Of a DNA stretch of 64,000 nucleotides, positions 53,519-64,000 are shown in pieces. The DNA is from Octopus vulgaris (taxonomy: Eukaryota). The notes under the pieces are model-generated. The model saw only the letters and a program-made list of their open reading frames with translations, ran no database searches and was not told the DNA's origin. Where the stretch lies: positions 51,832,001-51,896,000 of the forward strand of contig OX597816.1 in NCBI GenBank assembly GCA_951406725.2, given 5' to 3'. The translations under genes were made by a program, and so were the position numbers. Within the stretch, counting starts at the first letter, position 1. Every line of letters begins with the position of its first letter.

Positions 53519-54025
53519 TCTGATCTTAACTGATTGGAAGTGTTATCATGTACATTGTTTTGTCTTGGTATAAAAGATGGACTGCAGCAAATATTCTGCT
53601 CAGTACCACAGATTTGCTTGTCAGTTGTTTGACCATAACCATTTGAGCATGTCCCTTAGTGGCTAACGATATGTGCACCTCTGATCACGAGCAGAAGTAG
53701 TGGGGGAGTATCATAGCCATGTGTTGAGAGGGATTCTTTGGGGTTTGAATAATTCACCTCTGGAAACAAAGGTGTTTCGTTCAACATCCTTAAACAACCC
53801 TTATTCAGGGACCTTTGAGTGATATAGGTTACTCGACCAGAAGACAATTCTAACTGAGCCCCACCTGCAAGGTCATGTGCTTTTTATCTAGATATGTGAT
53901 CACCATGTCGCGCACATATGGTTATGATGCATGTGCCTTATCAGACAGGTTTTCATGATGGGTATACTGGGCTTCGTATATTTTACCCCAGTGTCACTTA
54001 GATGGCATGCACTGCTCTCTCACTC
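53519..54025 (+). mobile_element. Second copy of the (AAT)n-associated repeat, left-truncated, followed by (AAT)n to 54102
   Basis: Colinear with 26878-27396. Confidence 0.8.
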
Positions 54026-54103
<78 letters not shown>

Positions 54104-54602
54104 TAGGCAAATTATGTTGAACTATGGCATACATATATGCATATATATATACTTGTCTCTTTCCCAATTTTCTCTCTCTATGTATATTTCTTTCTGTCTT
54201 TTTTCTTTCTTTCTTTCTCTCTCTCTCTCTCTCTTTTTCGCGTAGTGTAAACAGACATGGAACATATTGATAAAATTATCTGTAAGAGTATTGTAAACAA
54301 GGCTTTTCTAAACGTATTACAAAAGTGTTATTTAGGAGTAGAACGGTTAATGAGAAAACAGTATTTTAGGGGAAACAGTATGCTAGGAATTATTGACTGT
54401 GGCTGACTAACAGAAAACCATACAATAGTTCCGTTTTGACTAAAAATATATTTGTAACAAGATTACTTTTCTAAAAATAACATGTACCTGGACTGCGTCA
54501 GTGTGTCAATGAATTGTTCTCAATGTCTTGAAGCGTAAATCTTAAAATAGTGTATCTGTTTATGCGAGTGTATATATGTGTGTACCTATATATATGTATG
54601 TA

Positions 54603-54692
54603 TACTAAGCAATTAAGGGTTTAGCAACGAATTGCCTTACCACACACCGAATTTAGAAATAGCAGTCAAAGAGATTATAGCTATTTCTTCTA
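54603..54692. repeat. Fragment of the 16208-16347 arm, within (TA)n just upstream of the PLE ORF
   Basis: TACTAAGCAAT.AAGGGTTTAGCAACGAATTGCCTTACCAC..ACCGAATTTAGAAATAGCAGTCAAAGAG. Confidence 0.85.
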
Positions 54693-54709
54693 CTTCTTCT
54701 GTATATATG

Positions 54710-54755
<46 letters not shown>

Positions 54756-54782
54756 TATGTCTGCGTATGCGCGTATGTATAT

Positions 54783-56808
54783 ATGCATGTGCCTATATAT
54801 ATATATAATTTCCCGTTTCAATTCATCAAGAAACAAAAACACAGCCCTAACTTCAACAAAAGAGAATGGAACGACCTCATCAAACTAAGAGAAGACAAAA
54901 CAATAACAATTAAGGAGGCAGATAAGGGCAACGCGATAGTAATAATGAATACAAACAATTATAAAAATTTAGTGCTATCCCTATTAAGAGATGAAACGTA
55001 TTATGAAAGGGCCCAACAGTATAACCAGCAAAAAATAATGCATAACCTTAGGACATTAATCAACACATACCAAGAAGGACTCACGAACAAGGAGTATGAA
55101 TACATCACTAGCTTCAAATGCAAATCGAGTTTGTTCTATGGTATCCCTAAGGTACACAAAAGCCAGACCATTAGAGAAACGTGCAAAACATCCACCGACA
55201 CACTCATCAAAATCCCTTCACCAAATGATCTTAAACTAAGACCGATAATAGCAGGACCAGCATGTGAAACTCACCGCCTCAGCAATTTCTTAGACACACT
55301 TCTTAAACCTTTCCTAAAACACATCAAAAGCTACGTAAGAGACGATATAGATATGCTCAACCACCTCCCTAAAACAGTCAATGAGAAAACCCTTCTAGTA
55401 TCATTCGACGTAGTTAATCTTTATTCTAACATCCCTCACAACCTAGGAATAGAAGCGATCACCTTCTGGCTGAATAACTACCCCTTTCAACTCCCAACTC
55501 GCATAAACAAAGACCTTATAATAGAAGGACTTAGATTCATTTTAGAGAACAATTATTTTATTTTCGACAATGATTTCTACAGGCAAAGATCGGGAACAGC
55601 GATGGGCACGCGTACTGCACCATCTTTTGCCAACCTAGTGATGGGATACCTCGAGAAAATACTATACCGGATGACACTCGAGAAATATGGAAACACCTTC
55701 GCCACCTATATCCATAACAACTGGAAAATATACCTCGATGACTGTTTCATCATCTGGGACAAAGGTATAGAGAAACTTGAGGAATTTAAAATACTATTAA
55801 ATGGAATAAATGACAATATACAATTCACGATGGACCACAACGAAAAAGAATTACCATTTTTAGACATCCTCATTAAGAAAACCGGCAACAAAATAGAGAC
55901 AGATATCTACTATAAACCGATAGACTCTAAACAGTACCTACCCTTTGATTCATGCCACCCACGACACACTAGAATGAATGTCCCTTTTTGTTTAGCTAGA
56001 AGGATTTGCACCATAATATCAGACACAAACACCCGACACACACGTCTCCAGGAACTTAGAACCACACTCACAAATAGAAACTATCCACAGCCCCTAATAG
56101 ACAGTGCAATCCAACGGGTACTTAAATTAAGTATAGAAGACCTGAGACAAACAAAACCAAAAAAGAAAGAACAATTAAAAACCCTTCCCTACATTTCTAC
56201 ACACAACCCACTCAACAATGAGGCCTTCAACACCATACTACAAAGCACAGTCCTACTAAAGGGAGACCCAAAGATGAACCGGATCCTCGAAACACACACC
56301 ATCATTAAAAGTAAACGGCAACCAAAATCCTTGAAAAGGATTTTAACCCAAGCTACACTGCACTCAACATCAACCACAAAACCAGCAGTTAGAAAATGTG
56401 GAAGGCCCAACTGCGGAATCTGTGTCATCTTGAAAGAAGGATCAGAATTTATACTGGAACAAGGCCACCAGTTCACCATTAGAACAAACTTCACCTGCGC
56501 ATCAGAAAACTTAATTTACGTCATAACATGCGCAGGCTGCAATAGGCAGTATATAGGCCATACAAAAAATAGCTTATGTAACAGGATGGCGGTGCATAAA
56601 TCACAAATTAGAAACCCTGATTACCGCAAAATACCGGTCGGTCAGCGGACACATAGATAGATGTGCTGGAAATGTAAATCCGAAATTTACAACTAACCCG
56701 CTCTATAAATTCAGTGACAACGCAACCTTCACACAACGCCAAAATAAAGAACTATATTTCATAAAAAAATTTAGACCAAGTTTAAACACCCTGGGCCAGG
56801 AATACTAA
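54783..56808 (+). pseudogene. Penelope-like element RT + GIY-YIG endonuclease (Neptune-like Cys-rich linker), 5'-truncated, with a 4-bp duplication frameshift near 56640
   Basis: IKEADKG, YGIPKVHK, LRPII, SFDVVNLYSNIP, GTAMG, YLDDCF, LPFLDI, SCHP; CGRPNCGIC linker; LIY..CAGC..YIG; removing one GGTC restores IPVSGHID..RQNKELYFIKKFRPSLN..stop at 56808; the annotated ATG lies in microsatellite. Confidence 0.93.
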
Positions 56809-56978
56809 AACAAAAGATAAGTCCTCCGAAAAGGAGAAGCAAAATTCCACCACGACCGCTACTTCAAACAGACACTCACTCTGACGGAAATATACCTAAG
56901 TAAAAAAAGGGAAAAAAATTCTTTCGTGCAAATCTGACCCTGATACATACGATACAGCTAAGGGTCAGACCCGATTAT

Positions 56979-57500
56979 GATTGGTCAACAAGTTGATGAC
57001 GTCTAGCTCAGCTAGAATGGACAGGATACAAACAGGGGACAGTCATTAGTCAGAATATTGATGACGTCCTTTTCTGCTTGAATAGTCACCTAACAAGTAC
57101 AGACAGGGGGCAGATCTAATGTAGCTATAAGTCGTGATTGGGCAGAATCTGCTTGACTAACGAAGCGACTGGTCAGGACAGGAAACAAACAAGAGGCAGT
57201 TATAATGCAGCGATTGGTCAAAATAATGATGACGTCCCGTTCTACTTGACTAACGAAGCGACTGGTCAAAACAGGAAAACAAACAAGAGGCAGTTATAAT
57301 GCAGCGATTGGTCAAAATAATGATGACGTCCCGTTCTACTTGACTAAAGCCACCTAACGAAACGATTGGTCAAAACGTTGATGACGTCACGCTACGCTGA
57401 ATTGACCACCAGGCATTATAAAACCGAACACTTCACAAAAACTCACTAGAACCACCCAGCGAACATCCACCATGGGTCATCACATTTGCTTAAGGTAAAA
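56979..57500 (+). promoter_or_regulatory. Putative PLE Pol II promoter: 5x (ATTGG-N12-TGACGTC), TATA box, Kozak ATG, splice donor
   Basis: ATTGG/ATTAG at 56980, 57045, 57213, 57307, 57365, each starting 17 bp before TGACGTC; TATAAAA 57417; CCACCATGG 57467-57475; AAG|GTAAAA at 57495. Confidence 0.55.
57153..57346 (+). repeat. 94-bp tandem duplication within the PLE downstream region
   Basis: TTGACTAACGAAGCGACTGGTCA...GATGACGTCCCGTTCTAC twice. Confidence 0.9.
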
Positions 57501-57892
57501 ATGAATTCCTCGCTCTTTCGGAAACATCAATCTTCTGTATTGACCGCTTTCCACCACTTTGATCTGTTTTTTGTATTGAATACGTATCGCCACCGTGGGC
57601 CACTGCATCGAACACTTTGAACATATACTTCAAACTATATATCAACTATACATGAACTATATATCAACTATACATGAACTCTAAGATGTCTGACTCCGTT
57701 GTGTATTATAAATGAATTTCTTGTGTTTGACGGCATGGGCTGTCTTTTTTTATATATAACTTTTTTTGATAAAGTTCATTTCAGGAACTGAAACATGTTA
57801 TAATGTTTATATATAAAAATTAAAAATTGTATAATGCAGCAGCATTTTCGAACTTCATTTTTTACAAATATATATATATATATATACGTATT

Positions 57893-57923
<31 letters not shown>

Positions 57924-58420
57924 ACATATGTGTATATATACCGAGAGAGACACAGAGAGAGATGTGTATGTATATATTCTCTTTATGTTTGAGTTAAGGT
58001 ATATATGGAGGTATCTAAGGTTATAAGAATGTGTGTATGTACACTGAATTTTAATGTTTTACAGGTTTTTCCCTTATATTATTATTTTTAAAATGTTTTT
58101 ATATATTTATTCATATGGCCTCATGATCCAACACGATTTTCATTTTATTTTCTAAATATCACAGACTATACATTTCATGCATGACAATTTTATATGACAT
58201 AAACATATACCTAATTCTAAGATTTATACAGAGTATCATAGCGATGTTAACACCATATATCAATATTTTCTGGCTCCATTCATTTATGAATATACATAAG
58301 GGTTGAACCTGTGTACCTGCTACATATATATATATATATATACTTACTGCGCGTTATGTGTAAAAGAAATATAGCAAAACCAAAACTGCCAAATTAGATT
58401 ATTTGCGATATAACTCTTTT

Positions 58421-58649
58421 AGTCTTTTACTCTTTTACTTCATTCAGTTATTTGGCTGCGGCTATGCTGGAGCACCGCCTTTAGTCGAGCAAATCGACCC
58501 CATGAGTTATTCTTTTTTAAGCCAAGTACTTATTCTTTCGGTCATTTTTGCCGAACCGCTAAGTTACGGAGACGTTAACACACCACCATCGGTTGTCAGG
58601 AGATGTTTGGGGGACAAACACAGGCACACAAACATATACACATACATAC

Positions 58650-58694
<45 letters not shown>

Positions 58695-58864
58695 CATACG
58701 ACGGGCTTTTTTCAGTTACCGTCTACCAAATCCATTCACAAGGCTTTGGTCGGCCCGAGGTTATAGTAGAAGACACTCACCCAAGTTGCCACGCAGTGGG
58801 ACTGAACCCAGAACCATGTGTTTGGTAAGCAAGTTACTTACCACACAGTCACTCCTGTGCCTAT
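58421..58864 (-). mobile_element. SINE family B, full length
   Basis: Colinear with 9211-9616. Confidence 0.9.
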
Positions 58865-59009
58865 AAGAAATATAATGGTATCAGTTAAGTTGTAGCATGA
58901 AATTGTCTCTACATTTCAGTTTAGAATGTGTAAGAGATAGGTTCTGTGTCGTCCTGATGCAGAATATTTACGATTCAACATAACTTTGCAGTTAGTAAAC
59001 TCTTGTCTA

Positions 59010-59218
59010 TTCTAGGCACAAGGCCCGAAACTTTTTTCGGGGAGGGGAGTCATTCGATTAGTTTGACCCCAGGACACAACTGGTACTTAATCTATCGACC
59101 CCGAAAGGATGAAAGTCAAAGTCGACCTCGGCGGAATTTGAACTCAGAACTTAAAAACAGACGAAATACCACTAAGCATTTCACCAGGCGTGTTAACATT
59201 TCTGCCAGCTCGCCGCCT
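59010..59218 (-). mobile_element. SINE family A
   Basis: Ends TTCTGCCAGCTCGCCGCC; core as in other copies. Confidence 0.88.
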
Positions 59219-60018
59219 TTTTGCTGCTAGTAAAATTGTCTACACAATGCTTGTCTATGTGTCTTTTATGCATGCACGCAGTTGTTTGTATGTGTGCATG
59301 TATGAATGCATGTATGTTTGTATGAATGAATGAATATGTGAATGAATGAATGTTTATTTAGAAGTGCATATATAAATGCTGTTTTATATAATCATAGCAC
59401 ACCTTTTTGGTGATAAAGCTCAAATTTTTTTAGATGATAGAACTGACTATATGTGGATGGCCAAATGCTAACGACAAGTGTGTTGCAAGGAGTCATGAGG
59501 AAAAAGATGAGATACAGAAAACGGAGACGGGGAGGAGAAAAGCGATGACAAAGAAAACGAAAGATGTAATTAGCAGTATCATCTACATCGTTTTCATCAC
59601 ATATTCAAACTTTTCGTTATCAATCAATAACTTATCCCCATCATTTTAGAATACGGTTACCCTTGTGTTTTATTTCGCCACGAATTTCTTCGGTTTCTAC
59701 TTGATTTACATTTGTCTCATTAGCCCATTTCTTCTTTTGCCTATTCTCCTAATTATATCTACAATAGCTGTGAATAACCTTAAAAAATTTCACAAGCTAT
59801 ATAATTGAAATTTCATTCCCACGATGATACGTTAAATTGCTTAATTGGAGGCGTGTATATGAGTGTGTGTATGTGTGTGTATGTATGCATGTATGTATGT
59901 ATATATATATATATATATATATGCCCATATAGATATTATATATTTCAAAGTCTATGAGGATTACTACATATTACTAGTGAATATGGGCGTGTGTCTGTTT
60001 CTCTGTCTGTGTGTATGA

Positions 60019-60147
<129 letters not shown>

Positions 60148-60633
60148 AATACAGATATGTATATATATATATATAAAAGAAGGTTTGAAGTTGCAAAGTT
60201 CTTTTAAAGATTTTTATTGACTTGACCGGTTTCACGTTTTTAGAAAAAGTGCTGAAAATAGTTATCACAAATGTATTAAAATACAGTTATACAGTCTTTG
60301 ATAATGATAAAATAAATTTTAAATAGTTTACATGAAAGTATTCAAGAAAGGGAATACAATAAGTATTTTGAGTTCAATAAAATCATGTTTGCTTGGAGGG
60401 TCGTATACTGAAGCTTAAGGAGGATGCTACAGCACAATTCTAATATACTTGTCGTTTTGAAAAGTGATGGAGTGTTCCTTTCAGCAATTCGAGAAGCATT
60501 CGCTGTTAGTCAGAATATTGGTGTTGAGGCCAGATTTCAAACTACGCGTTTACACTTGATTTAATCGGTGAAGTTATTTGTTACAAATGTAGTAATTTGT
60601 TAGCTCTCAAGCGACTGTATAACATTTAAGCAC

Positions 60634-60684
<51 letters not shown>

Positions 60685-60713
60685 GTGTGTGTGTTGATAT
60701 ATGTTGTTTAATC

Positions 60714-61204
60714 CTGTCACATTTTCTCCATTTTCTCGCCTTTTGGCCTGCGTTGTACACATTCGCTTGCATTCTTCCAGAAATTTAATACTCTTAGCTT
60801 AGATTTTTGGGACTAAACAATTTCGAACAGACTCAATTGTAACAGGCCGAAACTGTTATAACAATTTGGAAACTTGACTGATGAATACGAGGCCACGAAT
60901 GATCCGAGCTTGTTTTTTCTTGTCTGTCTTTGTATTTTCTGTCTTCCGTATGCTTTTATTATCGTCTGTTACGTTCTTATTCCATATTTTGGATTCATAT
61001 ATACATTTAGCGGCGCACATACACTTTTTGCTCACCTTGAAAGTAAGTATGTATCTAAATTTTTTACAACTTTTTACTTCTTTTAGTTCCCCTAATACTT
61101 TCTTTTCCTTTTCTCGCTTCCCCTCTCTCAATCTCTTGGCATTCTCTTTCTTTAATCTATCTATTTACCTTCGTTATCACCCTTGTACCTTCCCTCTGTA
61201 TCTT

Positions 61205-61245
<41 letters not shown>

Positions 61246-61676
61246 GTTCCTTCCCTAATATTTCAATCCCTCTCTCTCCTACCTCTCACTTTTCCTTCCA
61301 TGTGACCGGTGTTTGGCTAAGCATGAACTTTCGTTCCTAACCCGACTGCCGCCCGTACAGCACCTCTTATCTGCTTATCTTCTAACTTTCATCTATGTTT
61401 GTACCTCAAGACACGCCAACTAAAATTGATTCGTCCTTATTAGTCGAAAGACACCTGCTGTTAATTTCTTGTTGCTTGTATTTGTAATCGTGTAACAATT
61501 TGTCCGTTTTCTCGCTTTTTTGTCTGTGTTCTCATACATACTCGCTTGCGTTCTTCCATAAATTTAATGTTCTTAGCTTAGATTTTTGGAGCAAACCAAT
61601 TTTGAACAGTATAAAGTGTAACTGGCCGAAACTATAATGATGATTTGGAAACTCGACTGATGAAAACAAGGCCACG
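60714..61676. repeat. Diverged ~185-bp direct repeats (60714-60897, 61491-61676) flanking a pyrimidine-rich interior
   Basis: Shared TTCTTCCA.AAATTTAAT..TCTTAGCTTAGATTTTTGG and GGCCGAAACT..TTTGGAAACT.GACTGATGAA.AC.AGGCCACG. Confidence 0.75.
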
Positions 61677-61695
61677 TTCTTATTCTATTTTTGGG

Positions 61696-61745
<50 letters not shown>

Positions 61746-61813
61746 TATAAATGCGTGTGCATATGCGTGTATGTGTGTGTGTTTCTGTGTGTGTATATAC
61801 ATGTGTATGTACG

Positions 61814-61862
<49 letters not shown>

Positions 61863-62488
61863 CCCAAAATAGAATAAAAACTACCAGACGACAATACATA
61901 CATATACATATACATATACATATAAATATATATATATTGTATATATAATCAAATACGAGTACATGTGTTATTATGTGGTTATACATATGTATGTGCGTGA
62001 GTGACCGAGTGATTGAATGAGTGGCTGTATGTGATTATATATATATATACTTATATCTACGTATGTACAGCGTTCTATTCTGTCACAGGGGCTTATAATT
62101 TAACTGTTTATGTGTGTGAGGGTATACGCCCATTTGTAAGGTGTCGTTTCAAATTCTAGCTTTGATATTCATGAACTTACATGCACACAGAACGCAGAAG
62201 GGCTAAGGAGATATCATATCCTATTATCCGCTTGCCTCAGAAGTCAATATTTTAGAAATTTGCTTCTATTGTTTATCATTATATTCATCACTCTCATATT
62301 CTACCTAAACAGTAGTGTTCTGTTTCCCACCACCTGCTAATTATTTCGTAGTCTCATATATACATGCTTACATACATACATCGACATACATTCATACGTA
62401 CAGACAGACAGACAAAAACGTATATGTATGAATAGTTTTATGTAAGTATATGTATCTATGTACATGATGTATATGTATGCATGTATAA

Positions 62489-62494
<6 letters not shown>

Positions 62495-62560
<66 letters not shown>

Positions 62561-62658
62561 GGAAGAGGAAAGATATATACATATAGAGAGAGAGAGATAG
62601 ATAGATTGATATATAGATAGATATATAGACAGACAGATAGATAGATAGATAGAGCGAG

Positions 62659-62740
<82 letters not shown>

Positions 62741-62800
62741 TTAGATAGATAGATAAATAAATAGATAGATAGATAAATTGATAGGTAGGTAGATAGATAC
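62495..62800. repeat. (TA)n-(GA)n-(GATA)n compound microsatellite
   Basis: Direct reading. Confidence 0.95.
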
Positions 62801-63388
62801 ATGCAGCACTACCAATACACACAAACACAAATATATGAATATGTATATCATACATATATATGTGTAAATGTAAATCTATATTCACACACGTACACACACA
62901 CTCACATACCCCCATACACACACACACACGCACTGTACACACACACACACACACACAGGCACACACATTTTTCAGAAAGTGCAGTTTATCAGCATCTCAT
63001 TATTCCAACCAGACTAACAATCTGTGCAATACCTGACAACTCATGCAACAAACTAAGTTAGCGGAATATTAATTTCGTTATCAGCTTCCTACCGATATTC
63101 CAGTAAAGAAACCACTTCACTGGAATATGGCGTACCCTGTTCTAACTGACACTTTCTAGGAAAATGCTATTTATTGATTAAGCATTCTAACAAACATGGA
63201 CTAGTTTGCTGGCTTTTAATCAAATTAATTAGGCACGATGTGCAACTATTATAATATTGTAATCATACATACATACACACACATACATACGTGATCATAC
63301 AGACACATACACACGCACTCATATACACATACATATCCACTAACAAAACATTATACATGCAAACCACCAAATATCTATTCATGTGTGT

Positions 63389-63446
<58 letters not shown>

Positions 63447-63448
<2 letters not shown>

Positions 63449-63640
63449 GGAGTAAGCTTTACCGGAGTGAGCACATAAATGTGAAACAATGTGGAAAAAA
63501 GAGTACTCAAATACCAGAGGTAGAGTAATATGCTTTATTTAAAAGCAGTAGACATATAACAAAAGCTGTCCGACGAACGGGAACGTTGAACTCTGATTAA
63601 CAGCTTTTGTTATATTTCTGCTGCTTTTAGATAAAGTATA
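63447..63640 (+). mobile_element. Short PLE-like fragment: 41-bp inverted arms enclosing a degenerate HHR, within (TA)n
   Basis: Arms 63529-63569 and 63600-63640 match at 37/41; loop CCGACGA-ACG-GGAA-CGU-UGAA-CUC-U-GAU-UA. Confidence 0.55.
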
Positions 63641-63715
63641 TATATATATATGTATATATATACACGTTCATACATATATATAAACACACACAAATATATA
63701 TATATATTCCTTTAT

Positions 63716-63900
63716 TATTTTACTTGTTTCAGCCATTTGACTGCGGCCATGCTGGAGCATCACCTTTAGTCGACTTAGGGTTACTTATTCAACTAGGTTT
63801 ACTCATTTGCTGAACCGCTAAGTTACGGGGACATAAGCATTAGTTGTCAAGCGATGTTGGTGGTGGTGGTGGGGATAAACACAGACATATAAACACACAC
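63716..63900 (-). mobile_element. SINE family B 3' half, degenerate
   Basis: CATTTGACTGCGGCCATGCTGGAGCA..GAACCGCTAAGTTACGGGGAC. Confidence 0.8.
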
Positions 63901-64000
63901 ACATATATATATATATCATACAAAAGGAATCTTGCAAAACGAATTCGTTATTTTCTCTCCTTGTTTCTTTCTGCGTTCCTTTCTGTGGAAGAGCGTACGC

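Noticed and set aside
56979-57390. CRISPR-like repeat-spacer array
   Set aside because: Eukaryotic context, irregular period, spacers related to each other, no cas genes.
60845-60897. Canonical type II hammerhead
   Set aside because: No NUH triplet before the candidate stem I and 6 extra nt after CUGAUGA; kept only as a motif note.

Overview
Eukaryotic, AT-rich, microsatellite-dense DNA. The SINE families and repeat landscape suggest an octopus (cephalopod) genome; this is inferred from recognised repeats, not from a database search. No host protein-coding gene can be supported, and almost all short ORFs in the track are translations of (TA)n/(GATA)n/(CA)n/(AAT)n or SINEs. Real coding content is three retroelements: a 5'-truncated CR1/L2-group LINE (6803-8947, +), a near full-length, frameshifted CR1/L2-group LINE with ORF1 and APE-RT ORF2 (39153-43790, -), and a Penelope-like element (PLE) with RT plus GIY-YIG endonuclease (54783-56808, +). 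The most interesting signal is non-coding. Several unrelated short repeats carry hammerhead-ribozyme (HHR) folds and PLE-style inverted tail copies. One is a tRNA-headed (Pol III-type) SINE-like element whose tail holds a minimal HHR (2 copies); another is an intact HHR with a very long stem II (16398-16497, -). Downstream of the PLE ORF is a five-fold CCAAT/CRE module with invariant spacing, followed by TATA, Kozak ATG and a splice donor. All RNA folds were paired by eye and are untested.
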